Shown here in pieces: positions 1 to 10,872 of a stretch of DNA of 64,000 bases; the first letter of the stretch is position 1; each line of letters begins with the position of its first letter. The notes beneath the pieces were generated by a model, which saw nothing but the letters and a program-made list of their open reading frames with translations, ran no database searches and was not told the DNA's origin. This DNA is from Desulfovibrio sp. UCD-KL4C (GTDB lineage: Bacteria; Desulfobacterota; Desulfovibrionia; Desulfovibrionales; Desulfovibrionaceae): NCBI RefSeq assembly GCF_006210265.1, contig NZ_VCNC01000007.1, forward strand, positions 34,377-98,376, read 5' to 3'. The translations under genes were made by a program, and so were the position numbers.

Positions 1-987
1 AAATGCAATACGTTCCATTTCGCCGCTAAACTCAACTTCTATGGATTCTGTAGCCGTTCCGACTTCCTGCCCCTGACTAAACAGAATTAGTTCACCGGGG
101 TTAAACATGAAGGACGCACAACGATTTGAATCTGTATTAAAAATAGAAATACGATCCAGAGCTGTAGAAAGCTCTGATTTTTGTACTTTCATTTGAGAAA
201 CATCATCGTCATTAAGCTTTGCCAGAAAATTTTTGTAATTAGGGTACTGATAATAACTTAAAGGCATGCTGAATGTTTCTTTTCCATCAGCAGTCTTAAA
301 GAATAATCTTTTTTCAATAAGGCTCATTTCGATTTCATCGTTAGTGAGCCATTTTTTCAGTTCAGAAAGATATTTTTTCTGAATGAGAATTCCCTCTTCA
401 GGAAGAAGAGCATGAATATCGTCATTGATAAATTTGAGTCTTGCGAACTGGTGACCGTTAAGACCGCATGCTTCAACATACTTTCCGTTTTCATCTGAAG
501 AAGGAACTATGTTCATACATGCAATTGCTTCCATGCTGTCTTCATCGCTAATGCAAAATGCAATGCGTTCAATGATTTCAAGAAGAAGATCTCCTGACCA
601 ATAAACAGCGCCTTCAGTAGGAAATGTAGAAAACTTCTGAAACCATGTAGGATCATTTACAGGAAGTTTATATTTCCTTGAACCTTGCTCTACTAAAATG
701 CTTGATCCGTCAGGATCACTTTTAATAACAAGTTCACCTGAAGGAAGTTTGCGTACCAAATCATAAAAAGCACGACCTTGCACTCCTGCAAGTCCTTCTT
801 CGATAATCTCAGCTGGATATGTTCCGCAAAATTCAAGATTTGAATCAGTGGACATAATTCTCAGATTTCCTTCATCGCTCTTTAGCCAGATTGTCCGCAG
901 ATATGCAGCTCCGGTTTTTGCGGGGATGATGCTGGCAGATTTGTGCAATCCTTCAATGACTTCGTCCCTATTCACCTTTAAATACAT
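1..987 (-). CDS. dnaN: DNA polymerase III subunit beta (sliding clamp); 3' end runs off the window
   Basis: Not in the ORF track because it is open to the window edge. Manual minus-strand translation from ATG at 987 gives MYLKVNRDEVIEGLHKSASIIPAKTGAAYLRTIWLKSDEGNLRIMSTDSNLEF... The first ~65 codons from the window edge were checked codon by codon and have no stop. The remainder was read by eye as one continuous translation (329 codons to the edge). It lies directly downstream of dnaA in the canonical dnaA-dnaN order. Confidence 0.85.
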   Translation of the reverse strand, partial: MYLKVNRDEVIEGLHKSASIIPAKTGAAYLRTIWLKSDEGNLRIMSTDSNLEFCGTYPAEIIEEGLAGVQGRAFYDLVRKLPSGELVIKSDPDGSSILVEQGSRKYKLPVNDPTWFQKFSTFPTEGAVYWSGDLLLEIIERIAFCISDEDSMEAIACMNIVPSSDENGKYVEACGLNGHQFARLKFINDDIHALLPEEGILIQKKYLSELKKWLTNDEIEMSLIEKRLFFKTADGKETFSMPLSYYQYPNYKNFLAKLNDDDVSQMKVQKSELSTALDRISIFNTDSNRCASFMFNPGELILFSQGQEVGTATESIEVEFSGEMERIAF

Positions 988-1121
988 ATATATTCTCCTT
1001 GTAGATTTAGTAAGGTTGGTTCTTATGTTTCTTGTTAAGTTAACTATATGAAAATATTTAACTTTTTATATACATTTAGTGTCATTCATTGTGAACAAAC
1101 GAACACCGTTTATGAACTTGT

Positions 1122-2522
1122 TCAGTTAGAAACACGTAACAGACAGGTATTCTTCAAATTTATTAACAGTCTTTTCAAAACTGCATCATCCTTCTGTAAT
1201 AATTGTATTTTTTTTACTGAATATAAGACTGTGCTATGGTCTTTACCTCCAAATATCCTTCCGAGCGCAGGGTATGATAATCCTAAAAGATCTCTGCAAA
1301 GGTACATAGCAATCTGTCTGGCATGTGCAGTCATCTTATGTCGCTTTGTGCCGGTAAGGTCAGTTGGTTTGAGTTTAAAATGAGTTGAAACTGACTCAAT
1401 CACGTACTCTGGGGTAAGTGTTATATCTGTTTTCTCCTCAGTGTTGTTCAAAATGTTTTCAAAGTCTTTTTCATCCATGTTCTTGCGGACAAGTTCCCTG
1501 AATGCTGAAAGCTTGATTATTATTCCCTGAAGATATCTGAAATCTTGAAATCTTTGTGAAAGAGTCAAGATCTGATCCTTGGTTAACGATAACTTTTTAA
1601 GTTTACACTGCTTCTGGATGTAGAGTGCCCTTATTTCGAGGTCAGGGCGTTTCAGGTTGACAATTAATCCCCATTCTAGCCTAGACTTCAGATTCAGGTC
1701 TAAAAAATTGTAGGAAGCTAATTTATCTGTGCAACTGAAAACCATCTGTTTTCCATTTTCGTAGAAATTATTAAAAATAGAAATTAATTCCTGCTGGAGT
1801 TGTTCGTATTTTTGAATTTGTTTAAGATCATCGAGAAAGAAATATTCAAATTCAAAAAAATAATTTCTTGCACGAATCATATCCCCGCCGAAGCGGACGG
1901 AATAAATATTTTGAATATCATCAACATTTCCAAGAAATATTTTATCTGTCGCAATTTTCTTGCTCATTTCATTTGCAATAGCTTTTAATAAATGACTTTT
2001 TCCGGAACCGCTTTTGCCGCAGATAACAAACGGGTTAAATGTAACATTGTCTACATGTGTTACTTCTTTTGCGGACGCTAATGGAAAATAGTTACTGTTG
2101 CTGACTAGAAAATTTTCAAAAGTAAATTTTTGTCCGAAAGGGAAATCAATTTTTTTAGTGTCTGAAATAAGTCCGGGTTTATTTATCCCTGATGTCCCGT
2201 TGTTCCGGTATGAAACTGAAAATCCTCCACCTAAAAACAAGCCTAATTGCTCTTCAAATTTATTTTGAATACTTGATTTGAACCATTGGCCGAAAAAAGC
2301 ATGGGGAAAGGTTACAATTACATCTCCAGTCTCGTCAGAAATAGATATATTGATCGGGTCAAACCAACGTATTAAGTCTGAATCTGAGCATGTAGTCAGG
2401 AGATGATTTCTAAGTGCATTTTTCAAGGGATTAATTTTTTTTAACCAAGGCTGTAAGTTGTTTAAATTAAAGGGAAATAAATAAAATATTTTTCCTGCCC
2501 AAAACCATTGTTTCTTATACAT
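1122..2522 (-). CDS. dnaA: chromosomal replication initiator protein DnaA
   Basis: 466-aa ORF. AAA+ Walker A is GKSGSGKSHLL. The C-terminal DNA-binding signature is AHARQIAMYLCRDLLGLSYPALGRIFGGKDHSTVLYSVKKI. Followed by dnaN. Confidence 0.95.
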   Translation of the reverse strand: MYKKQWFWAGKIFYLFPFNLNNLQPWLKKINPLKNALRNHLLTTCSDSDLIRWFDPINISISDETGDVIVTFPHAFFGQWFKSSIQNKFEEQLGLFLGGGFSVSYRNNGTSGINKPGLISDTKKIDFPFGQKFTFENFLVSNSNYFPLASAKEVTHVDNVTFNPFVICGKSGSGKSHLLKAIANEMSKKIATDKIFLGNVDDIQNIYSVRFGGDMIRARNYFFEFEYFFLDDLKQIQKYEQLQQELISIFNNFYENGKQMVFSCTDKLASYNFLDLNLKSRLEWGLIVNLKRPDLEIRALYIQKQCKLKKLSLTKDQILTLSQRFQDFRYLQGIIIKLSAFRELVRKNMDEKDFENILNNTEEKTDITLTPEYVIESVSTHFKLKPTDLTGTKRHKMTAHARQIAMYLCRDLLGLSYPALGRIFGGKDHSTVLYSVKKIQLLQKDDAVLKRLLINLKNTCLLRVSN

Positions 2523-2679
2523 TAAAAGAAAGCTTTAGCCAAGGCAGATATGGCCTTAAAACACTTTTTACCTTCAGTCTTAGGTCTAAATTCAATTTTA
2601 AAATTAAAATTGCATTCAAGGGGCTTTTAAGCCACAATCTTGATTCTTCTAAAAACTTAATCCCAATGGAGTCTTTTCA

Positions 2680-3852
2680 ATGGCAAAAACCTTTGAAGTC
2701 AATAAGACTATAAAAGAAATAAATGAACGTATAAAAAAAGGTAAAGCTGTAGTAGTTAATGCCGCTGAAATGGTCGAAATTGTCCGTTCCAAAGGTAAAG
2801 TTGAAGCAGCTAAAGAAATAGATGTAGTAACAACCGGAACATTTTCGCCGATGTGTTCTTCAGGTATGCTGTTTAATACTGGGCAGGAATCTCCTGTAAT
2901 TAAAACTTCACAGGTTTGGCTTAACAATGTTCCATGTTATGCTGGTCTTGCAGCTGTAGATGCTTATCTCGGGGCTACAGAGCCTGCTGAAGATGATCCG
3001 CTTAACAAAGTTTACCCAGGTAGATTTGCTTATGGCGGATCACATGTCATGGAAGATTTGCTTGCAGGTAAAACTGTCCGTCTAAAAGCAAAAGCATACG
3101 GAACAGACTGTTATCCGCGTCGTGAAGTTGAAAAAGATATCACGCTTAAGGATTTAAAAGATGCTGTTATGTTAAATCCTCGTAATTGTTATCAAAACTA
3201 CAATTGCGCTGTTAACATGACAAGTCGTACAATTTATACCTATATGGGACCGCTTAAGGCTAATCAGCGTAATGCAAATTATGCTACAGCTGGAGAGCTT
3301 TCACCGCTTCTCAATGATCCGTATTTAAAGACTATCGGTCTTGGAACAAGAATTTTTCTTGCAGGTGGTAAGGGATATGTAATCGGCGCCGGAACTCAGC
3401 ATGTTACGAAACCTGGTCGTAATGAAAGAGGTATTCCTCTGGGCGGATCAGGAACTCTGATGGTTAAAGGTGACATGAAAGGAATGGATCCGCGTTATTT
3501 TCGTGGTTTGAGTTACCCTGGTTATGGATGTACCGCTGCTGTAGGCATAGGTATTCCAATTCCTATGCTCAACGAAGAAATGGCCTGGTTCACAGGTGTA
3601 AGTAATGCTGATATTCAGGTTCCTGTAAAAGACTACGGTTATGATTATCCGAAAGGCGTAAGCAGAGTTCTTGCCCATGTTACGTACGAAGAATTAAAAT
3701 CAGGTGAAATAACCGTGAATGATAAGGTTATCCCTACTGTTCCTTTGACAAGTATGACTATGTCACTTGAAGTTGCTGATAAGCTTAAATCATGGATTCA
3801 AAAAGGAGACTTTCTCTTAACTGAAGCTGTTGAAGAGATTGAATCTGAATAG
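2680..3852 (+). CDS. DUF39/COG1900-family protein (putative sulfide-dependent homocysteine biosynthesis enzyme)
   Basis: 390-aa ORF. The KTIKEINERIKKGKAVVV...DVVTTGTFSPMCSSG...AAVDAYLGATE pattern matches my recollection of the COG1900 family implicated in homocysteine synthesis in methanogens and Desulfovibrio. Family call is from memory. Confidence 0.7.
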   Translation: MAKTFEVNKTIKEINERIKKGKAVVVNAAEMVEIVRSKGKVEAAKEIDVVTTGTFSPMCSSGMLFNTGQESPVIKTSQVWLNNVPCYAGLAAVDAYLGATEPAEDDPLNKVYPGRFAYGGSHVMEDLLAGKTVRLKAKAYGTDCYPRREVEKDITLKDLKDAVMLNPRNCYQNYNCAVNMTSRTIYTYMGPLKANQRNANYATAGELSPLLNDPYLKTIGLGTRIFLAGGKGYVIGAGTQHVTKPGRNERGIPLGGSGTLMVKGDMKGMDPRYFRGLSYPGYGCTAAVGIGIPIPMLNEEMAWFTGVSNADIQVPVKDYGYDYPKGVSRVLAHVTYEELKSGEITVNDKVIPTVPLTSMTMSLEVADKLKSWIQKGDFLLTEAVEEIESE

Positions 3853-3886
3853 TTTGGTAACTTTGTTGTAACTTATCGTTTTTATG

Positions 3887-3927
3887 AAAGTTCCGTTGAA
3901 ATGTTAATTTTTTCGGAACTTTTTTTC
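3887..3927 (+). terminator. rho-independent terminator after the DUF39 gene
   Basis: Stem aaagttccg (3887-3895) pairs with cggaacttt (3914-3922) and is followed by a T-run to 3927. Confidence 0.6.
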
Positions 3928-3993
3928 TTGCGAAATTAAATAATTATAGCCATTTTCCTAGCTAGTTTAAAAATCTAACTAAATTTAAAATAT

Positions 3994-4875
3994 ATGCAGT
4001 CTAAAAATTTAAAAGCTGACCTGCTCTTACTGATTACAGCAATGATCTGGGGAGCCGCATTTGTGGCGCAAAGGGTGGGGATGGATTATGTTGGTCCGTT
4101 CACATTTAATGCTGTTCGTTTTGCACTTGGAGCTGCTGCACTTCTTCCACTTATCCACAGACTGGATAGAGAGAAAAAGAAAGATGGAACCTATAAAAAA
4201 CTCGATATTAAACTGTTTTTAACAGGTGGCATTATTGCCGGTTCTGCTTTGTTTTTAGGTTCAACTTTGCAGCAGTGGGGGCTTGTTTATACAACTGCCG
4301 GAAATGCAGGGTTTATTACAGGACTTTATGTTGTATTTGTTCCTATACTGGGTCTTTTTGTTAAACAGAAAACAGGATTGCCGACTTGGATTGGAGCAGT
4401 CTTGGCAGTGATTGGAATGTATCTGCTTAGTGTAAATGAAGGATTTAAAATTAGCTTAGGAGATTTACTTGTTCTTGCAAGTGCGTTTTTCTGGGCAGGG
4501 CATGTTATTATAATTTCGTTTCTATCTTCCAAGATAGATCCGGTTAAATTTGCAAGCGGACAATTTGTAGTTTGTTCAATATTCAGTTTTATAGGCGCAT
4601 TTATTTTCGAAGATATGTCTTTAAGTGGTATTTATGCCTGCGCAATTCCGATCCTTTACGGAGGGTTAATGTCTGTTGGGGTTGCCTATACTTTGCAGGT
4701 AATAGCTCAACAGGATGCTAAGCCTGCACACGCTGCAATAATACTGAGTTTAGAATCTGTATTTGCGGCATTAGCAGGGTGGTTACTCTTAGGTGAAACA
4801 TTAACCACGCAGGGTCTTTTGGGGTGCGGGCTTATGTTGTGTGGAATGTTGCTATCGCAGCTTAGGTCTGATTAA
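3994..4875 (+). CDS. EamA/DMT-family transporter
   Basis: 293-aa polytopic membrane ORF with about 10 hydrophobic segments in the two-repeat EamA layout. Confidence 0.8.
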   Translation: MQSKNLKADLLLLITAMIWGAAFVAQRVGMDYVGPFTFNAVRFALGAAALLPLIHRLDREKKKDGTYKKLDIKLFLTGGIIAGSALFLGSTLQQWGLVYTTAGNAGFITGLYVVFVPILGLFVKQKTGLPTWIGAVLAVIGMYLLSVNEGFKISLGDLLVLASAFFWAGHVIIISFLSSKIDPVKFASGQFVVCSIFSFIGAFIFEDMSLSGIYACAIPILYGGLMSVGVAYTLQVIAQQDAKPAHAAIILSLESVFAALAGWLLLGETLTTQGLLGCGLMLCGMLLSQLRSD

Positions 4876-6035
4876 TCCCACTTCTTTTTCAGCAAAAATT
4901 TGTAAGACCTAATTCCGTGAATCATTTCCGCCAGTTTTGTTGGCAGTGATTTAAATGCTATTTTAAATGAAACGTGTTTAAGCAATCTTTGCGAATAAAA
5001 AAGTGTCCAGCGCAGCCTGTTTGAATAGATGATCTCAGGGAAAATATATTTTTGTAGACGTGGAATATAGAATTGTTCGGGGTTTTTATTTTCTGTAATA
5101 CCCTTGGCTATAGCTTCCGCAGCGTATCTTCCTGTCTGTAATGCGTAGAATATTCCTTCTCCGAAAAGAGGTTCCACAAGTCCTGCCGCATCTCCTGCAA
5201 GTATGGTTCTGCCGTAGCACGGGTTTTTTATGTAATTTCCGTATGGAAGGGGAAAACCATGCAATGGAATTGTTTCAGGATTTTTTACACCCTGACTTGT
5301 AAGAAAATTTAAGAAGGTATCTTTGAAATTTGTTGTACAGCGATTTAAACTGCCGATGCCTACCACAACCTTATCTTTTGCTGGAAAAACCCAAATATAA
5401 CCAGCTTTAAGGCATCCTATATATAATTCAGGCCATTTTATTTCTCTGGGATAATCTTTAGCATCAAAAGTAATCTCAATGGTTGAAGCCATGTTCTCTT
5501 TCCATGCTTTTTTGTCATACGGAACAGATTTTCTGATTGTGGAATTAACTCCGTCAGTTCCCAAAAGGTATTTACCTTTAAATATTTTATTACTTTTAGT
5601 CTTTATTTCAGCATCTTGATAGTTGCACTGAACTATTTTTTCCGATGTAAAGATCTGAGCTCCTGCATTTGCAGCTTTTTCAAGAAGAAAGTAATCAAAG
5701 ACTTCTCTGTTAATGAAGCGGAAAGGAACTGGTGATGCGCCGTCTTGTATTTTGTAATCTCGGTAGAAAACGGAATATTCGGCTGCTTCATAATCGATAA
5801 GTCCCTTTTCAGTTATTTCCTGTTCAGTGTAACCATATATTTTTTCGAGAGTTTTCATTGTTTTATCGGTAATAAGTCCCCCGCAAAGCTTTTTTCTAGG
5901 GAATTTTGCTTTGTCTACAATGGCGACTTTAAAACCTTTTGTTGCGAGGATATATGCGGCAGATGATCCTGCGGGGCCTCCTCCTGCAATAATTACGTCA
6001 AATTTACCTGACACGAGAACTCCTGATAACAGCAT
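4872..6035 (-). CDS. FAD-dependent oxidoreductase, geranylgeranyl-reductase family
   Basis: 387 aa. N-terminal Rossmann motif DVIIAGGGPAGSSAAY and GD motif LAGDAAGLVEPLFGEGI. Its stop overlaps the convergent EamA gene by 4 nt. Confidence 0.75.
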   Translation of the reverse strand: MLLSGVLVSGKFDVIIAGGGPAGSSAAYILATKGFKVAIVDKAKFPRKKLCGGLITDKTMKTLEKIYGYTEQEITEKGLIDYEAAEYSVFYRDYKIQDGASPVPFRFINREVFDYFLLEKAANAGAQIFTSEKIVQCNYQDAEIKTKSNKIFKGKYLLGTDGVNSTIRKSVPYDKKAWKENMASTIEITFDAKDYPREIKWPELYIGCLKAGYIWVFPAKDKVVVGIGSLNRCTTNFKDTFLNFLTSQGVKNPETIPLHGFPLPYGNYIKNPCYGRTILAGDAAGLVEPLFGEGIFYALQTGRYAAEAIAKGITENKNPEQFYIPRLQKYIFPEIIYSNRLRWTLFYSQRLLKHVSFKIAFKSLPTKLAEMIHGIRSYKFLLKKKWD

Positions 6036-6125
6036 TTATTAATTCTGAATTTGTTTAAACCAGTTTAGCAGTCATAACCTTTAGAAACATGCTTTCGCAA
6101 GCAACTACTTGGAAAATTTTGGACT

Positions 6126-6806
6126 ATGAATAAAATTGAAGGAATAATTTTTGATTTTGATGGAACTCTCGCAGAATTAACCATTGATTTCAATGAAATG
6201 AAACGACGTTTAAAGGCACTTGGAGAAGCTTTTTTAGAAACGCTTCCTGAAATAAGTAATCTTCCTGCTCTTGAGTGGGTTGATCATATTGCAGCGTCTC
6301 TTGCAACAGATGACCCTGATTTGGGAAAAGAGTTTCATACCAGATGCAGGTTCTTAATAATTTCTATGGAAATAGAAGCAGCTAAATATGGAAAACTGTT
6401 TCCGTTTACTTACCCTATTTTAAGCGGATTACAACAAGAGCGTATAAAAACAGGAATTATTACACGTAATACAGCGTCAGCGGTTAAAACCGTACTACCG
6501 GATGTTGAAAAAATATGTGGCTGCTTTTTGTCCCGAGAAGATGTAAAAAATGTAAAACCGCATCCTGAACATATCTTAAAAGCTTTAGATTTTATAAATA
6601 TATGCCCTGAACATGCCTTAATGGTCGGTGATCATCCGCTTGATATTGAAACAGGTAAAAGGGCAGGGACACTGACAGCGGCTGTTGCAACAGGTAGAAT
6701 GTCGTTATCAGAACTTAAAGAAGTAAAGCCTGATTTTGTCGCAGCGGATTGTCAGGAATTAATGGATATACTGCGGGAAGGTAAATTTTTAAATTTTGAT
6801 AAGTAG
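6126..6806 (+). CDS. HAD-superfamily hydrolase (phosphatase-like)
   Basis: 226 aa. Motif I is IIFDFDGTLAE and the C-terminal motif is MVGDHPLDIETG. Confidence 0.8.
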   Translation: MNKIEGIIFDFDGTLAELTIDFNEMKRRLKALGEAFLETLPEISNLPALEWVDHIAASLATDDPDLGKEFHTRCRFLIISMEIEAAKYGKLFPFTYPILSGLQQERIKTGIITRNTASAVKTVLPDVEKICGCFLSREDVKNVKPHPEHILKALDFINICPEHALMVGDHPLDIETGKRAGTLTAAVATGRMSLSELKEVKPDFVAADCQELMDILREGKFLNFDK

Positions 6807-6869
6807 TAGGTTTAGTAGATAATTTAATAGTGTAAATTTGCTTGGGTAGTAAAAAAATCAAAGGATAAT

Positions 6870-6903
6870 TCAGAGGAGATCATCAATTGATGATCTCCTC
6901 TGA
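6870..6903. terminator. bidirectional hairpin between the convergent HAD gene and ilvD
   Basis: Perfect 34-nt palindrome tcagaggagatcatcaattgatgatctcctctga. Confidence 0.7.
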
Positions 6904-6910
6904 ACCTATA

Positions 6911-8578
6911 TTATTTTTTATAGATTGCGCCTGTAGACGCTGAAGTAACATTTTCTCTGTATCTTCTCAGGAATGTTGAAGATACTTCTTTTTCAATAGG
7001 TTTAAATGTTTTCATTCTTTCTGCAATTTCTTCGTCAGTAAGAACAACGTTCAGTGAACGTTGTGGGATATCAATTTCAATGGTATCTCCGGTCTGAACA
7101 ATACCAATGGTTCCGTTTGAAGCTGCTTCAGGAGATACGTGGCCAATTGCTGCTCCGCGTGTTCCGCCGCTAAAACGGCCGTCAGTAATAAGGGCAACGT
7201 CAGCTCCAAGTCCCATTCCTGCAATTGCTGATGTTGGGGTGAGCATTTCGCGCATACCCGGGCCGCCTTTAGGACCTTCATATAAAATAACTATTGCGTC
7301 ACCTTTAACAATTTCTCCGCCGAGAATAGCCTCAACAGCTTCTTCTTCTGAGTTGTAAACTTTGGCGCAGCATGTTCGTTTCATCATTTCCGGTGCAACA
7401 GCTGACTGTTTAACAACACATCCATCTTTGGCAATATTACCGAACAGAATAGCTATTCCGCCTTCGTTACTGTAAGGTTTATCAATAGGGTGGATTATTT
7501 CATAATTTTTAACGGAAGCGTTAAGTTCCTTGATATTTTCACCTACAGTTTTGCCTGTGGATGTCAGCGCATCAAGCTCAATGCGTCCTGATTTTGCCAG
7601 CTCGGAAAGTACTGCTTGAATTCCGCCTGCTTCATGCAGATCCTGAATATGATGAGGTCCGGCAGGTGCGAGTTTGCACAGGTTAGGAGTTTTGCGGCTT
7701 ACTTCATCAAAGATAGTCAGATCAAGCTTGAGTCCTGCTTCGTCAAAAATGGCAGGCAGGTGCAATACTGTGTTGGTTGAACAACCGAGAGCCATATCCA
7801 TTGTTACAGCATTTTTGAGGCTTTTTTCAGTAACAATATCACGCGGTTTAATATCATTTTTCAGCAGATCCATTATCTGTGAACCTGCGCGTTTTGCAAG
7901 GCGGATACGATCAGACATTACAGCAGGAATCGTTCCGTTGCCCGGCAGTGCAAGCCCGATTGTCTCGGAAAGACAGTTCATGGAGTTTGCTGTGAACATT
8001 CCAGAGCATGAGCCGCAAGTAGGGCAGGCACTTTGTTCAAGGACTGAAAGTTCATCTTCAGTCATACTTCCAGTTTTAACCTGACCTACCCCTTCAAAAA
8101 CAGTGATAAGGTCAACTTTTTTACCGTCTTTTTTACCGGCAAGCATTGCTCCGCCACTGACGATAATTGTCGGAATATTAAGTCTCAGAGCTGCCATTAG
8201 CATGCCCGGAACAATTTTATCACAGTTCGGAACAAGAACCAGAGCATCAAAAGGATGGGCTGTAGCCATGATTTCAATGGAATCGGCAATCATTTCTCTA
8301 CTTGGAAGAGAATAACGCATTCCGGCATGGTTCATAGCAAGGCCATCGCAAACTCCGATGGAAGGGAATTCCATTGGAACACCGCCGGCAAGACGGACAC
8401 CGTCTTTAACAGCTTTGACAATTGTATCCAGATGAATGTGGCCGGGAATAATTTCATTTTTAGAGTTGCATACACCGATAAGCGGTCTATCCATTTCTTC
8501 TTTTGAAAAGCCAAGTGCGTACAATAAAGAGCGGTGAGGAGCTTTTTCAAGCCCGCCTGTCATTTTTTTACTTCTCAT
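6911..8578 (-). CDS. ilvD: dihydroxy-acid dehydratase
   Basis: ILVD/EDD-family motifs [18 protein letters not shown] and [19 protein letters not shown]. Start set to ATG 8578 ([19 protein letters not shown], preceded by a GAGGA RBS) rather than the ORF-track start at 8623, which would overlap ftsX. Confidence 0.95.
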   Translation of the reverse strand: MRSKKMTGGLEKAPHRSLLYALGFSKEEMDRPLIGVCNSKNEIIPGHIHLDTIVKAVKDGVRLAGGVPMEFPSIGVCDGLAMNHAGMRYSLPSREMIADSIEIMATAHPFDALVLVPNCDKIVPGMLMAALRLNIPTIIVSGGAMLAGKKDGKKVDLITVFEGVGQVKTGSMTEDELSVLEQSACPTCGSCSGMFTANSMNCLSETIGLALPGNGTIPAVMSDRIRLAKRAGSQIMDLLKNDIKPRDIVTEKSLKNAVTMDMALGCSTNTVLHLPAIFDEAGLKLDLTIFDEVSRKTPNLCKLAPAGPHHIQDLHEAGGIQAVLSELAKSGRIELDALTSTGKTVGENIKELNASVKNYEIIHPIDKPYSNEGGIAILFGNIAKDGCVVKQSAVAPEMMKRTCCAKVYNSEEEAVEAILGGEIVKGDAIVILYEGPKGGPGMREMLTPTSAIAGMGLGADVALITDGRFSGGTRGAAIGHVSPEAASNGTIGIVQTGDTIEIDIPQRSLNVVLTDEEIAERMKTFKPIEKEVSSTFLRRYRENVTSASTGAIYKK

Positions 8579-8603
8579 AACATCCTCAATCAAATTATTA
8601 AAA

Positions 8604-9485
8604 TTAGCCGCGTACAGCGACAAAGCTGCTAAGCATTCCGATTAACGTAACAGTCCCTACAAGAGCTACGCATTGGTCAAAAGGCAGGAATGTCAGTTTC
8701 ATAAACAGCGGTGGAAAGTTTAAGACATTTTCAAAAAATCTTTGTGCACCATAGAGTGTTCCGAGTGCAATGGAGCTGCCTAGTAATCCGAGTAATGCTC
8801 CTCCGGTAAGAAGGGGCAGACGGATGAACCATTGTTTTGCTCCGACTAAATAAAGAATTTCTATTTCATCTTTACGGGTCATGAGGGAAAGGCGGATGGT
8901 GTTACCGACTACCAACGCAACGACAAGTCCCAAAAATCCTATTATGGGCCATATTATGGATTGTGTAAGGCTTATCCAACCTCTTGCTAAATCAATCTGT
9001 AATGGATTGTAATGAACCTTATCAACAAAAGGAAGAGCTTTTAACTGCTTCAAAAGGTCAGTTGCCCACATTTTATCTTTGATCCCCGGTTCAACTGAAA
9101 ATGATAGTAATGCTGCGGGTTGAAGTGGATTGTTGCCTTCTGTAAGCCATGAAAAATCATCAGATCCACCTAGTGCTGCGGAAAGCTGTTTTAATGCATC
9201 GTCCGGAGTAAATGTCCGTATTTCTTTCAAACCTGATATTTTAGAAATATTTTCCCATTGTCTGCTGTACTCTTCAGGAGCTGTGTCTGCCTGCCAGAAA
9301 ATCTGAATCTGGACTTGGCCTCTGGTTTTGAGCAACTCTTTGTTAACATTATGCAGGGTGAACATAAAAATTCCGGCAAGCATGGAAACCATTGTAACCG
9401 CGATGAGGGTAAATATGTTCGCCCATGGATGCAGCCTTAAGTCACTAATTCCCCGCCCTATCAGTCTGAAAAGAAGAGAAATCAT
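8604..9485 (-). CDS. ftsX: cell-division ABC transporter permease-like protein FtsX
   Basis: Four-TM protein with a large first periplasmic loop, directly after ftsE. Start set to ATG 9485, which forms an ATGA start/stop overlap with ftsE (9482-9485). Confidence 0.85.
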   Translation of the reverse strand: MISLLFRLIGRGISDLRLHPWANIFTLIAVTMVSMLAGIFMFTLHNVNKELLKTRGQVQIQIFWQADTAPEEYSRQWENISKISGLKEIRTFTPDDALKQLSAALGGSDDFSWLTEGNNPLQPAALLSFSVEPGIKDKMWATDLLKQLKALPFVDKVHYNPLQIDLARGWISLTQSIIWPIIGFLGLVVALVVGNTIRLSLMTRKDEIEILYLVGAKQWFIRLPLLTGGALLGLLGSSIALGTLYGAQRFFENVLNFPPLFMKLTFLPFDQCVALVGTVTLIGMLSSFVAVRG

Positions 9486-10168
9486 ATGGCTAGCTCCGAA
9501 AGGATATAATCCGGAGGTTCGCATAGCATTCCGCCTTCAAGGTGAATAACCTTTGCATCCGGTACTGTGCGGAGTATCTCGCGGCTGTGGGTGGCCATGA
9601 TTATAGTTGTTCCATGAGTATGAAATTGTTTGAAAACATCCATTAAATGCATGGATAGTTCAAAGTCGAGGTTTCCTGTCGGTTCATCCGCAAGAATCAG
9701 TTTTGGGTTAACTACCATTGATCTTGCTATTGCTACTCGCTGCTGTTCACCGCCGGATAGTTTATGGCAGTTACTGTATGTTTTTTTTTCAAGTCCTAAA
9801 GCCCGTATGATGGCTCTGACTCTTTTATCAATTGTAGATTTGGGCATACTTCTGACTGTGAGAGCCAGCGCAATATTTTCGTAAACTGAGCGGTTCGGCA
9901 GAATTTTAAAATCCTGAAAGACGACTCCAAGTTCACGTCGTAGATTGGGAATATGTTTGCGTTTAATGTTGTGCAGTTCATATCCTGCTACGGTTGCCTG
10001 TCCTCTTTTTACAGGAATGGCTCCGTAAAGCAGTCGCATAAGAGTAGTCTTACCTGCACCTGAATGCCCAGTAAGGAATATAAATTCTCCCTTTTCAACA
10101 TGCAAGGATATATCTTTGAGGGCCCAATTTGAGCCGAAACTATAGGACAGGTGGTTAAGTAGGATCAT
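9482..10168 (-). CDS. ftsE: cell-division ATP-binding protein FtsE
   Basis: 228 aa. Walker [10 protein letters not shown], signature [14 protein letters not shown], Walker [13 protein letters not shown]. Confidence 0.9.
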   Translation of the reverse strand: MILLNHLSYSFGSNWALKDISLHVEKGEFIFLTGHSGAGKTTLMRLLYGAIPVKRGQATVAGYELHNIKRKHIPNLRRELGVVFQDFKILPNRSVYENIALALTVRSMPKSTIDKRVRAIIRALGLEKKTYSNCHKLSGGEQQRVAIARSMVVNPKLILADEPTGNLDFELSMHLMDVFKQFHTHGTTIIMATHSREILRTVPDAKVIHLEGGMLCEPPDYILSELAI

Positions 10169-10196
10169 GTTAAGTTTTGCCTTATTTAATAAAAGG

Positions 10197-10556
10197 CTAG
10201 AATTTTACGTTTAATTCCTGTCCTTCGGATGTTGTGCAAGATCCTGTTCCTCCAGATTCAAACCCTTTTTTTGTATCATTTATTTCAAAGTTGCATTTCA
10301 TGCTTCTTCCGTCATTGCTGAACATAGTGAGAGATTTATGTTCGCTTTGTAGCTCGCCTTTGAATATTGAGCCGTCTGGAAGTTCTGAAACGATTGAATA
10401 CGTTGCATGTGACTTAATACCAATATTTCTTGTTGCGGACATCTCAGTAGGGCCGAAATTATCACCTTTAAGGGTTACGTCTCCTTTTAGTGGCACAGAT
10501 GAACATGCAGCAAGACTCATAAGTAGTGTGATTAAAAATATTACTTTGTATTTCAT
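10197..10556 (-). CDS. small hypothetical lipoprotein
   Basis: Start set to ATG 10556 (AGGAG RBS). Signal peptide plus lipobox MKYKVIFLITLLMSLAAC. No family recognised. Confidence 0.6.
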   Translation of the reverse strand: MKYKVIFLITLLMSLAACSSVPLKGDVTLKGDNFGPTEMSATRNIGIKSHATYSIVSELPDGSIFKGELQSEHKSLTMFSNDGRSMKCNFEINDTKKGFESGGTGSCTTSEGQELNVKF

Positions 10557-10872
10557 TTTAAGCTCCTGATTTGTGATAGTAGCAGGGGTGAACATGATTT
10601 GCAAAAAGCTTTGTTTCAGTCAATTAGTATAAAATAGGTATAGAAATTTTGAAATATGCCACAGAGAGATTTACGTTTATCATATTTTGAATTAGATTTC
10701 ATATTCGATAAGCGCAAGGTAAATTTGATAAGTGTAACCTAAATTTCTTTTATAAAAAAGAGTGGTAAGCGGTAAGCGATCTTTTTTTGCAATTTATTCC
10801 AAATAAGAGTTGGAGTAAATTGCAAAGTTTAGATCGGGAAATAACATATAACTGAAGCAGCAGGAAAGCGAT

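Noticed and set aside
848-1383. Plus-strand ORFs 848-1051 and 1048-1383 across the dnaN/dnaA junction
   Set aside because: They overlap the dnaN 5' end and the dnaA 3' end on the opposite strand. They are AT-rich shadow frames with no RBS.
7051-8550. Cluster of 70-136-aa ORFs on both strands within ilvD
   Set aside because: All are nested in the ilvD coding region, and none has independent support.
8579-8623. Longer ilvD start (8623); likewise the longer ftsX start (9524)
   Set aside because: The internal ATGs give canonical N-termini and better RBS or ATGA coupling. The longer forms would overlap the upstream genes.
10780-10796. tggtaagcggtaagc, which has GG-N10-GC spacing, upstream of the aminotransferase gene
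   Set aside because: Only the GG and GC dinucleotides match the sigma54 consensus and the flanking conserved bases do not. This is too weak to call.
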